Source: Gemmatimonadales bacterium
Lineage (GTDB): Bacteria > Gemmatimonadota > Gemmatimonadetes > Gemmatimonadales > GWC2-71-9
Reading direction: 5' to 3'
NCBI GenBank assembly: GCA_036004745.1
Contig: DASYRD010000129.1
Span: 41,687 to 105,686, forward strand
DNA: 64,000 nt
The notes beneath the pieces are model-generated. The model was not told the origin of the DNA. It made no database searches and saw only the letters and a program-made list of their open reading frames with translations. Position 1 is the stretch's first letter. Each line of letters begins with the position of its first letter. Of the stretch, positions 31,716 through 40,447 are shown one piece after another. The translations under genes were made by a program, and so were the position numbers.

Positions 31716-32301
31716 CAGTGCATTACTGCTGGTGGCAATGCTCGCGGCTCCGTTGGCGGCGCAGGACACCGTGCCTCCGGGCTTCGGCACCCTGAAGCGC
31801 GACGACATCGTCGTGCGGTTCGCCACCGGCAACCTCGAGATCCAATGCCTGCCGCTCGACGAGCAGGTGATTCGCCTGCTCGCCACCGATACGTACAAGT
31901 CGCTCACGCAGCTCATACAGAGCCGGCAGGACGACATCACCGCGGCCGCTGACCGCGCGGGCGTGGTGAAACCCACGCTCGTCTTGGTGACGTTTTTTGG
32001 ATTGGTGTCGCAGGCCCGCTTCAACCCGGAAGACCTGAACATCTCGAGCCGAGGGCGGCTGTTCAGGCCTGCCGGCATCGTGCCCCTGTCGCCAACGTGG
32101 GGGTCCTACCAGCTCGACGCCCGGCAACAGGCCGTCGCGATCTATCTCTTTGAAGACGGGATCACCTTCCGGGAGAGCATGTCGGTGAGCTACCAGGGGC
32201 TCACCAACGAGTCCTGGGGCCGCGCCCTGCGCCTGCTCGATCAGGAGCGATCGAGGGTGCGGGCGCGGGCCCAGGCCTCGCCGCCTACCGGTTCGCCCTG
32301 A
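31708..32301 (+). CDS. Hypothetical secreted protein (signal peptide, no recognised domain)
   Basis: MRSSALLLVAMLAAPLAAQD is a signal peptide. The ATG overlaps the engB stop (ATGCGTAG). Amino-acid composition is normal. Confidence 0.6.
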   Translation: MRSSALLLVAMLAAPLAAQDTVPPGFGTLKRDDIVVRFATGNLEIQCLPLDEQVIRLLATDTYKSLTQLIQSRQDDITAAADRAGVVKPTLVLVTFFGLVSQARFNPEDLNISSRGRLFRPAGIVPLSPTWGSYQLDARQQAVAIYLFEDGITFRESMSVSYQGLTNESWGRALRLLDQERSRVRARAQASPPTGSP

Positions 32302-33841
32302 GCAGCTCCGGCGACACCTTCGTCGCCGCGACGACCGGAGGCGTGTTGCGCTGACCACGCGGAATCATCCCGGTCAGATTCGCCAGCTCGAACGCCGACA
32401 CCGCCATCACCGTCGACGCCTGCCGCAGATCCCAGTCGATCGACTTGTCCCACGTGTCCGACTGGGAGTGGTGCGTGTGGTTGTAGCCACGGGTGATCTG
32501 ATTGAAGTTGAACCCGGGCACCCCGTAGGGCAGGAATGACAGGTGATCGGTACCGCCCTTGAAAGCGTCGTTCACCGTGTCGGCATTGAGCGAGCGGACC
32601 GGGAGCAGAATCGCGCGCCACAGGCCGTACAGCTCCGGCCGGCCCTGTAGCGCCTGCCCCGTCACGGCCCCCGCCCCGTTGTCGAGCACGATCACCGCCT
32701 GAATCGAGTCGGCCTCGCCGCCGTGCTGCTCGGCGTACTTGCGCGACCCGATGAGCCCCTGCTCTTCACCAGTGAAGAGAATGAAGCGGATCGTGCGCTT
32801 CGGCTTGAGGCCGGACTGCGCGATGATGCGCGCCGCCTCGAGCGTGGCCATCGAGCCCGTCGCGTTGTCGGTCGTGCCGGTGCCCAGATCCCAGGAATCG
32901 AGGTGCGCGCCGACGATCACGACCTGCCCCGGATGCTCTGTCCCGCGGATCTCGGCGACGGTGTTCCACTGCGGGACCGAGTCTTTCATGTTGAGCGTGT
33001 TCTGAATGCTCGCCTGCAGCTGCGGCGTGACCCCCAGGCCGATCAGGCGATCGAACATGGCGTATTCCTCATGCGCCACGACCACCTGCGGGAGCGGCAG
33101 CACGCGGTTTGGTGACCCGCTCATGTTGAGGAGGTCCTGCTCTTTGCCGGCGTCGAGCAGAATGCCCAGGGCCCCGGCGTTGCGCAGCAAGAACGGCTGA
33201 TCGTTGTTGAACTGCTGCTGCCGCGCCCGCGCTGCGGAGTCGCGCACGGGGGCCTGCTGGAACCCGGCGAACGCCGCGCGCTGGCGCTGCGAGTCGGCGG
33301 CGGTCATCGGCGGGCCGTCGTTATTGAACACGTTCGCCGGCCCCCGCAGCATTACCCACGCGCCTTTGATCTTCGCGCGATACGCGTCGAGGCTCTCGGG
33401 CGCGCTGGCATCGATGCGGACCACCGGGCCCGTCACCGGCTTGCCACCCGTGCCGGGCGCCCACGCCCAGCTCGCCGCGACCACTTCGTGCGAGCGCGGC
33501 GCCACCATGCGCATCCACATCGGGCCCCGCTCCCACGACCCGCCGAAGTTCCACTGCTCGAGGCGCGCCTCGAGGCCGTAGCTCTGGAACTGCTTCATCG
33601 TCCAATCGTTCGCGGCGCGAACGGCGGGCGACCCCGTCAGCCGCGGGCCGATCACGTCGGCGATGTACTGCAGGTTCTTCATGACCTGGGACTTGTTCAT
33701 CCCCTGATCGATGAGGGCGCCGACACCGGCCGTGTCCACGGTGACCCCGGGGACGCCGGTGCCGCGTTGCTGTCCGCCACCCCCGCCCTGGGCGGCGAGA
33801 GGTGAGGCGAGGAGCATGGCGGCGCAGAGGAAACGGTTCAC
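32285..33841 (-). CDS. M28-family aminopeptidase with a PA domain
   Basis: VIVGAHLDSWDLGTGTTDNATG..ILFTGEEQGLIGS..HHSQSD carries the M28 zinc ligands. The start is set at GTG 33841, which is preceded by AGGAG 9 nt upstream and gives the signal peptide VNRFLCAAMLLASPLAAQ. Confidence 0.85.
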   Translation of the reverse strand: MNRFLCAAMLLASPLAAQGGGGGQQRGTGVPGVTVDTAGVGALIDQGMNKSQVMKNLQYIADVIGPRLTGSPAVRAANDWTMKQFQSYGLEARLEQWNFGGSWERGPMWMRMVAPRSHEVVAASWAWAPGTGGKPVTGPVVRIDASAPESLDAYRAKIKGAWVMLRGPANVFNNDGPPMTAADSQRQRAAFAGFQQAPVRDSAARARQQQFNNDQPFLLRNAGALGILLDAGKEQDLLNMSGSPNRVLPLPQVVVAHEEYAMFDRLIGLGVTPQLQASIQNTLNMKDSVPQWNTVAEIRGTEHPGQVVIVGAHLDSWDLGTGTTDNATGSMATLEAARIIAQSGLKPKRTIRFILFTGEEQGLIGSRKYAEQHGGEADSIQAVIVLDNGAGAVTGQALQGRPELYGLWRAILLPVRSLNADTVNDAFKGGTDHLSFLPYGVPGFNFNQITRGYNHTHHSQSDTWDKSIDWDLRQASTVMAVSAFELANLTGMIPRGQRNTPPVVAATKVSPELLRANR

Positions 33842-33913
33842 GGTAGGCAACTCCTGTTTGATGAATACGGTATTGTGGGGACCCCTTAGGGTACGCGCGA
33901 TCGCGGGCATCCG

Positions 33914-34564
33914 TTAGGGCTTGGCGACGAACACCCGGCCTTCCAAGTCCGGCGTCCAGCGAACCCGAACCGAATCCGCACACACGACGCTCGCCGCAAG
34001 CGTCAACGCGCGCTCGCAGCCAAGCCCCAAGAGGGCCGTGGACCAGGCCTCGGCCACGAGGGCGGAGGGCGCGAGGACCGTCACGGACACTTTCTTGTCG
34101 GCGTCGGTCGTGGTGCTCACCGATCCGGAACGCATGTCCACGGTCGCCCAGGTCTCGAGGGAATTCGCGGGATCGGGGATCCCGACGGGGCGGCGCGTCT
34201 CCCGCGTCCCGACCCACATGAACTGCGACCCAAGGTTGAGGAGCGCGCTGTCGACCACTCCAGTGAGGATCCGGGCCGCGCGATCGAGGGCGTCGCCGTC
34301 GATCACGTCGTCCGTCGCGACGGTCACCCCGGTGCGCCGACGGATTTCACGGCGCAATGAATCGAGCGGGACCACATGGCCGGGCCGGTCGAGCGTGTCA
34401 CGCACGACACCCAGAGCCCCGGCGATGCGCGTCGTGTCAGCGCCCCAGGCGGCAGCCGACATCGTGGTGCCAACGGCAGGAAAGGCCCGGGAGACGGGCG
34501 GCGGCGGCGGCGCAGCCCCGCAGGCGGCGATGCCAATAAGGAGGACGACGCAGCGCGTTTTCAG
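33914..34564 (-). CDS. Truncated ApbE-like lipoprotein (degenerate paralog)
   Basis: ApbE-like C-terminal blocks: GDALDRAARIL, ALLNLGSQFMWVG, VGIPDP, VSVTVLAPSALVAEAWSTALLGLG. The only start giving the lipoprotein signal (M)KTRCVVLLIGIAAC is a CTG at 34564 that overlaps the apbE TGA. The longer track ORF upstream is an out-of-frame overlap with apbE. Confidence 0.65.
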   Translation of the reverse strand: MKTRCVVLLIGIAACGAAPPPPPVSRAFPAVGTTMSAAAWGADTTRIAGALGVVRDTLDRPGHVVPLDSLRREIRRRTGVTVATDDVIDGDALDRAARILTGVVDSALLNLGSQFMWVGTRETRRPVGIPDPANSLETWATVDMRSGSVSTTTDADKKVSVTVLAPSALVAEAWSTALLGLGCERALTLAASVVCADSVRVRWTPDLEGRVFVAKP

Positions 34565-35445
34565 ACGGCGTAGGCCCGCAGCACGGCGTCTGGGCGCCGC
34601 CCGGAGACCAGCATCGCGGTGGAGAGCGCGTCGGCTGTGGTGGCGTCCGCCGTGACGACCGATGCCTGGCGCAGCGCATCGGCGGGCCGGCCCGTGGCGG
34701 GATTCAGGACGTGCAGGCGCGCCGTGTTGCCGGACGTCGCGAGCGCGGCGTCGCGCAGCCGTGTCGCCGCGATGGTCCCGCCCTCGCGCGCCGGATCTGC
34801 GATCTCCACGAGCCAACCCTGTTCTCCGGGCGGCGCGCCGATGGCGGCGCAGTCGCCGCTCACGTCGATGAAGGCCCTGGTGATGCCGCGCGCCCGGAGC
34901 ACGGCAAACGCCCGGTCGATCCCGTAACCGACGCCGATGCCGCCGAAGTCGAGCTGCGTGTGCGCGTTGGGCAGGCGCGCCGTGGCGCCCTCGAGCCGTA
35001 CTTCCGCCGTCGCCACCGCCTCCCGCGCTTCTGCGAGCTCGGCGGCAGTCGGGGACCCCTGACGCGTCGCGTCGAACCCCCAAGCCCGCATCAGGGGCTC
35101 GACCGCCACATCGAATGCCCCAGCAGTCAGCCGCCGGAAGTCAGCGGCGCACGCGAGGATCACCCGCAGGTCCTCATCGACGTGGATCGGGCCGCGCCCT
35201 GCATGGCGATTCAGCTCGCACAGGTCGCTGGCGTCCTCGAACGAGGAAAGACGGCTCTCGACGCGCCGCAGCTCCGCCAGCGCTGCCGCGCATGCGTCGA
35301 GCCCCTGCTGCTCCGAGCCGGCAAAGACCATGACGTGCACCGACTGTCCCATCGCCCACGACCAGCGCTCGACGAACTGCTCGCGTCGGGTCCAGGCCGG
35401 AGCGAGTCCGGCGGCGAGGAAGCCTACGAAATCACGGCGCCGCAC
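34561..35445 (-). CDS. apbE: FAD:protein FMN transferase ApbE with a Tat signal
   Basis: Tat motif MRRRDFVGFLAAGLAPAW. ApbE blocks AGAFDVAVEPLMRAWGF, FGGIGVGYGIDRA, TSGN..VLNPATGRP and ADATTADALSTAMLV. Confidence 0.88.
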   Translation of the reverse strand: MRRRDFVGFLAAGLAPAWTRREQFVERWSWAMGQSVHVMVFAGSEQQGLDACAAALAELRRVESRLSSFEDASDLCELNRHAGRGPIHVDEDLRVILACAADFRRLTAGAFDVAVEPLMRAWGFDATRQGSPTAAELAEAREAVATAEVRLEGATARLPNAHTQLDFGGIGVGYGIDRAFAVLRARGITRAFIDVSGDCAAIGAPPGEQGWLVEIADPAREGGTIAATRLRDAALATSGNTARLHVLNPATGRPADALRQASVVTADATTADALSTAMLVSGRRPDAVLRAYAV

Positions 35446-35923
35446 GCTCGACTCGGTGGAGGTCGCGGAGAATGAGATAGGAGTTCACGTAGAACGTCAC
35501 CGCCAGGAGCAGACTCGACGCCTCGAGTAACCAGCTGAACCCCGGGGCGACGTATCGCATCAGCCACATCGCCGAGAAAGAGACGAGCAGCGCGCAGAAC
35601 GGCTCGGCGATGAGGATTCGCTTCCAGCGCTCGGAGATGGAGGCGCACAGCGCCACACCCACGCCGGTGATCACGAAGATCACGGCCATACTCAACAGGT
35701 GGGTGTGGGTGATGTTGAGCATCTCGGCGAGCGACTTGGGGAACTGCATGGCCCCTTCGGTGACGTCGGGGTTGGCGCCGCGATAGCGCGCCGCGACGCC
35801 GGGGGGCACGAGCCGCGTCGTGTGCCACACGAATACGAGCGACGTGGTGTACCCGACGAGCTGCACGATCGTGACCCACCGTCCCAGAGTGCGAAACGGC
35901 GCGGGCACGTCCTTCCAGGTCAT
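35432..35923 (-). CDS. Hypothetical 4-TM membrane protein with conserved-looking His residues (H34, H73/H75)
   Basis: Four clear TM helices. The TM1-TM2 loop reads ..RYRGANPDVTEGAMQFPKSLAEMLNITHTHLL. ATGA overlap with the upstream FMN-binding gene and a 14-nt overlap with apbE. Confidence 0.7.
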   Translation of the reverse strand: MTWKDVPAPFRTLGRWVTIVQLVGYTTSLVFVWHTTRLVPPGVAARYRGANPDVTEGAMQFPKSLAEMLNITHTHLLSMAVIFVITGVGVALCASISERWKRILIAEPFCALLVSFSAMWLMRYVAPGFSWLLEASSLLLAVTFYVNSYLILRDLHRVERAAP

Positions 35924-36357
35924 CGAATCGCCCCAGTCTGGTGCCAGTGGGTCAGATCGGCGAGTGCGCGCTTTACCCCCAGCGTCACCGCATGGACACT
36001 GATCGTGGCGCCGGAGATAACACGGATTTCGCGGCCCACGCGGAGCGAGTCCGCAATGCTCTTTCCCCGAAATTGCCGTCGCCAGGCTTCGTACACCACC
36101 TCGCCTCCGTACGGCTCACGATAGACGAGCACATCCACATCCTTGAGCCGGTCGGCGGGATCGACCGCGACGAGAAAGGTGATCGGCTGATCCTTCCCGA
36201 TCACGTTGCGCACCGCGGCGAATCCGAGGAGGGAGTCGCCACGGGCGACGCGCAGCACCGTGTCCGCCGCCACGGTGAGCGGGCTGGCCTCGGCGCCAGG
36301 ACCGAAGATGCGGCGCACCGCAGCGGCGACTTTGGCGGAGGGCGCGCCCTGCATCAT
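35920..36357 (-). CDS. FMN-binding (FMN_bind-like) domain protein carrying an ApbE flavinylation motif
   Basis: ..GKDQPITFLVAVD..VLVYREPYGGEV..WRRQFRGKS..EIRVISGATISVHAVT contains [S/T]GA[S/T], with Thr as the usual FMN attachment site. The start is at the ATGATG 2 nt after the OMP stop. The 59 upstream codons of the track ORF are Arg-rich overlap with the OMP gene. Confidence 0.7.
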   Translation of the reverse strand: MMQGAPSAKVAAAVRRIFGPGAEASPLTVAADTVLRVARGDSLLGFAAVRNVIGKDQPITFLVAVDPADRLKDVDVLVYREPYGGEVVYEAWRRQFRGKSIADSLRVGREIRVISGATISVHAVTLGVKRALADLTHWHQTGAIR

Positions 36358-36358
36358 G

Positions 36359-37480
36359 TCAGAACTGGTAGCCCACGCCGAGACGCAGGGTCTCACCCTG
36401 CCCCGTGCCCGCCGCCGTGCGCAGCACCGTGTAGTCTCCCTTGAACGCCGTGTTCCACGTCGGTTTGAACGTGAGGCCGAGGGTGGTGACTCGCCGCGCG
36501 AATCCGCGGTCGCGCGTCGTGCCCGCCGGAACATCAGCCTGGGTGTCGTAACGCTCGTGACGCACGAAGGCGCTCAGGTGTGACACGAATTCGTACGCAC
36601 CCTCGAGGTAGCCGCCGGCGATGCGGCTGCCGACCGCCGAGCCGTAGAGGGCGTTGATCGTGTCGGCGTCGGCGACGCTCACCGTGGCCACCACGGCGCG
36701 CAGAGCCAGCGGCCCGCGCTGGTAGCGCGCGTCGGCAGAGAGCACGGCGATCGGTGCATCGACGCTCCCCCTGCCGAGCAACGTATCACCGCCGGTCGTG
36801 CCCCCGTACCAGAAGGAGCCGCCCACGCGCAGGCCTCCCGCCGGTCGCGCCCACTCGATCCGCCCGGTGAGCGAGGGGTTGGCAAACGACGCCTCCCGGC
36901 CTTCCTGGCGACCCTCGCGAATCCCCTCGGCGTCGGAGAAGCCGTCGGCTCGGAGTCCGTTCACGAGATAGAGCCGGTAGTTCCACCCGTCGGCCACGGG
37001 CAAGCGCCCCAGGATACCCACGCCGATTTCGCGCCATGTCGTCGGGATGACATCGTGGTCGAACGCAGGTCGGTCCACACTATTGAAGGTGGGAGGCTCG
37101 TGAGTCTCGTTGATGATGCCGACGGGGATGAGGACGAGCCCCGTGCGGAGCGTGAAGCGATCGGAGAAACGGTAGTCGAGGAATGCCTGCTCCAAGGCGA
37201 CCTCGCCCCCAGCGCCAGGTGGTTCGACCTTGGCGTCCTCGATCTCCAGCTCCGATCGAAACGTCACGCGATCATTGAAGGTGTGCGCCAGATAGACCAC
37301 GAAGCGCCTCAGGTTCACCTCGGCCGGCGTGTTCGGACCACGCGGATTGGTGTAATGGACCTCCCCGTATCCGCCGATGGTGGTGGACTCCCTGGTCTCA
37401 TTCGCCTGTTGGGCGTCAGCGGGACCAGCCACGGCGAGGACAACGCTAGCCAGGGCCAGACATTCGACGACTCTCGACAT
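36359..37480 (-). CDS. Porin-like outer-membrane beta-barrel protein
   Basis: The start at ATG 37480 (GGAG upstream) gives the signal peptide MSRVVECLALASVVLAVAGPADAQ. The sequence has amphipathic beta-strand periodicity, starts GGYGEVHY, and ends ..LRLGVGYQF (terminal Phe). Confidence 0.78.
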   Translation of the reverse strand: MSRVVECLALASVVLAVAGPADAQQANETRESTTIGGYGEVHYTNPRGPNTPAEVNLRRFVVYLAHTFNDRVTFRSELEIEDAKVEPPGAGGEVALEQAFLDYRFSDRFTLRTGLVLIPVGIINETHEPPTFNSVDRPAFDHDVIPTTWREIGVGILGRLPVADGWNYRLYLVNGLRADGFSDAEGIREGRQEGREASFANPSLTGRIEWARPAGGLRVGGSFWYGGTTGGDTLLGRGSVDAPIAVLSADARYQRGPLALRAVVATVSVADADTINALYGSAVGSRIAGGYLEGAYEFVSHLSAFVRHERYDTQADVPAGTTRDRGFARRVTTLGLTFKPTWNTAFKGDYTVLRTAAGTGQGETLRLGVGYQF

Positions 37481-37508
37481 CAGGGGGACGCTCCTGAAGT
37501 GCTTAAGT

Positions 37509-37527
37509 GAGAATGAGTTGAGAATGA
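37509..37527. promoter_or_regulatory. Direct repeat GAGAATGA-N3-GAGAATGA (11-bp phasing) in the divergent OMP / hybrid-kinase promoter region
   Basis: Read directly: GAGAATGA at 37509-37516 and 37520-37527, within a locally AT-rich stretch of the 116-nt intergenic region. Confidence 0.4.
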
Positions 37528-37596
37528 TGATTATCAACTGGGATACGCGAATCTATTTGTCGGGTATCTGCCGGTCAAGCGCCGGCTCCTTAACTT

Positions 37597-39726
37597 GTGG
37601 CGACCGTGGATTTCCTCCTCCAGCACCCAATCCTGTCTGCGGCCGTCGGCGTCGTCACCCTCACGCTCGCGGCGGCGCTGTGGCGTCTGTGGGTGCGCCT
37701 GGTGCGATCGGAGCGCGAGCGGCGCAAGGCCGCCGAAGAGTTGAATCGCCGCCTCTCGGAGTTGTTCTCCCTCCAAGAGCTGTCGTACGTCCTCTCCGAT
37801 TCGCTGGAGCTCGACCGAATCGTGGAGCAGGTGGTGCGCTACGCCGTGCGCTTCCTCGACGCCCAGGGCGCGCTGCTGGCACTCGCGGGCGAGCCCCCGA
37901 TCGACGTGCTACGTGTCGCCGCGAGCGAAGGAACCCTCGCGCACCTCCGTGGCCGAACGATTCCCGCCGACGACCCGGGGCTCGTCGCCCGTTCGATCAG
38001 TCGCGAGCATTTGGAACTGGTCCGGAACTCGGGCGGCGAGCCGATGCGCATCGTGAAGGACGTGGAGGCGGCGGCCGCGGCCGCGGTACCGCTGCGCGCC
38101 CACGGCGTCGTCATCGGCACGCTTGTGATCGCCGACCCGCGCGAGGGCGTCTTCGTCTCCGACGACCTGCGCCTCCTCTCCACGCTCGCGACGCACGCCG
38201 CGGTCGTCATCGCCAACGCGCGATTCTTCGAGATGGTGCGCCGGGCCAAGGAGCAGTGGGAGACGGCCTTCGACGCGCTGAGCGAGGGCATCGCCGTCGT
38301 GGATGTCGACGGGAAAGTCCGCCGCGCGAATCGCGCCCTCGCCGCGCTGCTCGGCGCCCCGCTCCCGGCGGTGATCGGCACCCATCTCTGCGAAGCGCTG
38401 CTCGGTAAGTCGCACGCATTGATGGAGTTGCTGGACGCCGCCCGGCGCGGCGAGCACCCCCCCGCCCTCGTGGCCCGCTCGGAGCGCCTGGGCAGCACGA
38501 TGCGCGTGAACGCGGCCCGTATCCCGACCGCGACCGAGGACCAGAGCGTCGTCGTGCTCGTCGAGGACGTCACCGATCAGCAAGTCATGGAGACGCAGCT
38601 CATTCAGAGCGAGAAGCTGGCCGCCGTCGGACAGCTCGTCTCCGGCGTGGCGCACGAGCTGAACAACCCGCTCACGTCGATCGCGGGCCTCTCGGAATTC
38701 CTGCTCGAGCAGAAAGAGATTTCGAAAAAGGACCGCGGCCACCTCAAAGTGATCCACGAGCAGGCGGAGCGGGCCGGCCGCATCGTGCGCAACCTCCTGA
38801 CCTTCGCGCGCAAGGAGCCGGCGGAGCGCTCCCCCGTGGACCTGAACGACGTGGTCCAGCGGACCTTGCAGCTGATGGAGTACGATCTGAAGATCGCAGA
38901 CGTCGACGTCCAGCGTGACTTGCGGGCCGCACTCCCCCACGTCGTCGGCGACCGCCACAGCTTGCAGCAAGTGGTGCTGAACCTGCTCACGAACGCGGCC
39001 CAGGCGGTGGCGGAGAACCGGCCCGGCCAGCCGCGCGCGATCACGGTCTCGACGTGGTCCGACGACCTGGTGCATTTGCGCGTCGCGGACACCGGTCCCG
39101 GAATCAACGACGTCGTGGCGCAGAACGTGTTCACACCGTTCTTCACGACCAAGGAGCCCGGCAAAGGGACGGGCCTCGGCCTCTCGATCACCTACACCAT
39201 CGTCGAGAACCACGGCGGCCGGATCACTCTGGAGCGGCCCACGAGCGGCGGCGCGGCATTCCGCGTGGATTTGCCTCCCGTCCCTGCCGACGCGAGTGCC
39301 CCGGCGCCGCGAATTCGACCGCCAGCCCCCCCGACGCTCGGCCACGCCAAGCGCACGGTGCTCCTGGTGGACGAAGACCTGGCGGTGCGGCGGATGGTCA
39401 AGGCGTTGTTCGGACGAGATGGACACGAGGTGGAGATCGCGCACAATGCGCAGCACGCGCTGGAGCTCGCGCAAGGCGGGGGGTTCGACCTCATCATCGT
39501 GGATGCGCGCGCCGCGATGCGCGGTGGCGGCAAGCTGTTCGTGGAGGAGTTGGTGGCGCGACTACCGGCGTTGCGGGATCGGACGATCGTGGCGACGGGA
39601 GACGTCGGGGTGGCGACGGAGGAAACGTTGACGCGGCTCGGCCTGCGCTACGTGCGCAAGCCTTTCAACCTCCGCGACCTGCGGGACGAAGCCGCGCGTT
39701 TGTGGGCCGCGACGGCGGTGTCGTAA
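37597..39726 (+). CDS. Hybrid sensor histidine kinase (TM-GAF-PAS-HisKA-HATPase-receiver)
   Basis: GTG start. GAF-like region [28 protein letters not shown] region [18 protein letters not shown]-box [14 protein letters not shown] boxes [16 protein letters not shown] and GTGLGLSI. C-terminal receiver [18 protein letters not shown]. Confidence 0.9.
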   Translation: MATVDFLLQHPILSAAVGVVTLTLAAALWRLWVRLVRSERERRKAAEELNRRLSELFSLQELSYVLSDSLELDRIVEQVVRYAVRFLDAQGALLALAGEPPIDVLRVAASEGTLAHLRGRTIPADDPGLVARSISREHLELVRNSGGEPMRIVKDVEAAAAAAVPLRAHGVVIGTLVIADPREGVFVSDDLRLLSTLATHAAVVIANARFFEMVRRAKEQWETAFDALSEGIAVVDVDGKVRRANRALAALLGAPLPAVIGTHLCEALLGKSHALMELLDAARRGEHPPALVARSERLGSTMRVNAARIPTATEDQSVVVLVEDVTDQQVMETQLIQSEKLAAVGQLVSGVAHELNNPLTSIAGLSEFLLEQKEISKKDRGHLKVIHEQAERAGRIVRNLLTFARKEPAERSPVDLNDVVQRTLQLMEYDLKIADVDVQRDLRAALPHVVGDRHSLQQVVLNLLTNAAQAVAENRPGQPRAITVSTWSDDLVHLRVADTGPGINDVVAQNVFTPFFTTKEPGKGTGLGLSITYTIVENHGGRITLERPTSGGAAFRVDLPPVPADASAPAPRIRPPAPPTLGHAKRTVLLVDEDLAVRRMVKALFGRDGHEVEIAHNAQHALELAQGGGFDLIIVDARAAMRGGGKLFVEELVARLPALRDRTIVATGDVGVATEETLTRLGLRYVRKPFNLRDLRDEAARLWAATAVS

Positions 39727-40037
39727 GCTTCAGCGGGCCAACCGTAGGTACTGAGATTCACCGCGCCGCCCGGCGCAAACCTCACGCCTTCACGCAGCAA
39801 GAGCGCGCGTTGGAGCACGGCGCTGTGATCGTGACTCGAGAGCGAGATGCGGCCGGCCGCGTTGATGACGCGCCACCAGGGTACGTCGTTCTCCTCGGGG
39901 AGCGCGGAGAGGGCCCATCCCACGGTGCGCGCTGCGCCGGGCCTGCCGGCGAGCCGCGCGACGATACCGTATGTAGCCACCCGCCCCTTCGGGACGTGCC
40001 GCACGACGCGATAGATGCGGTGATAGAAGGGGTTCAT
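39648..40037 (-). CDS. Alkyltransferase-like (ATL) protein: an MGMT DNA-binding fold lacking the acceptor Cys
   Basis: The sequence reads IYRVVRHVPKGRVATYGIVARLAGRPGAARTVGWAL..VPWWRVINAAGRIS. The PCHRV active site is replaced by PWWRV, as in ATL proteins. The last ~79 nt overlap the convergent kinase gene. Confidence 0.75.
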   Translation of the reverse strand: MNPFYHRIYRVVRHVPKGRVATYGIVARLAGRPGAARTVGWALSALPEENDVPWWRVINAAGRISLSSHDHSAVLQRALLLREGVRFAPGGAVNLSTYGWPAEAYDTAVAAHKRAASSRRSRRLKGLRT

Positions 40038-40045
40038 ACGAGGGG

Positions 40046-40447
40046 TTAGGATACCCTCAACACGTCTTCCAGCAAGCCCGCGTTTCCACGCCCCAGTATT
40101 GACAAAATGTCATCCAGTGCTCTGCGCTCGCGGGGCCAGGCGAAGCGCCGCGCGGCGTCGGCGGGCGCGAGCCACTCCGCGCGATCGTGTTCCGACGAGA
40201 GCCGCGGCGTGGCATTCGGCGCGACGAACGCCGCGAACACGGGAATGAGGGCCATTTCGTCGGTCTTGTGCTGGTAGAATCCTTCGGTGCGGCTCACGTT
40301 GTAGAATCGCTCGGGCACGAAGCCGGTTTCCTCGCGCAGCTCGCGCAGCGAGGCCTGCACCGGCGTCTCACCTGGCTCGATCGTGCCGTGCACCGTCTCC
40401 CACGATCCGGGGCAACGGCCGTGCGGGCCGCGCCGCAGGACCAACAC
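40046..40447 (-). CDS. NUDIX hydrolase
   Basis: Nudix box GTIEPGETPVQASLRELREETGF. The in-frame sequence upstream of the GTG track start (IRVCFVDTYALRGAGGGGGQLEV) still looks like the Nudix N-terminal strand, so the true start is probably upstream and non-canonical. Confidence 0.8.
   Translation of the reverse strand: MLVLRRGPHGRCPGSWETVHGTIEPGETPVQASLRELREETGFVPERFYNVSRTEGFYQHKTDEMALIPVFAAFVAPNATPRLSSEHDRAEWLAPADAARRFAWPRERRALDDILSILGRGNAGLLEDVLRVS

Noticed and set aside
34565-35083. Upstream part of minus-strand ORF 33914..35083
   Set aside because: This stretch is an out-of-frame overlap with apbE and is Arg-rich nonsense. Only the distal ~217 codons look like a real ApbE-like lipoprotein.
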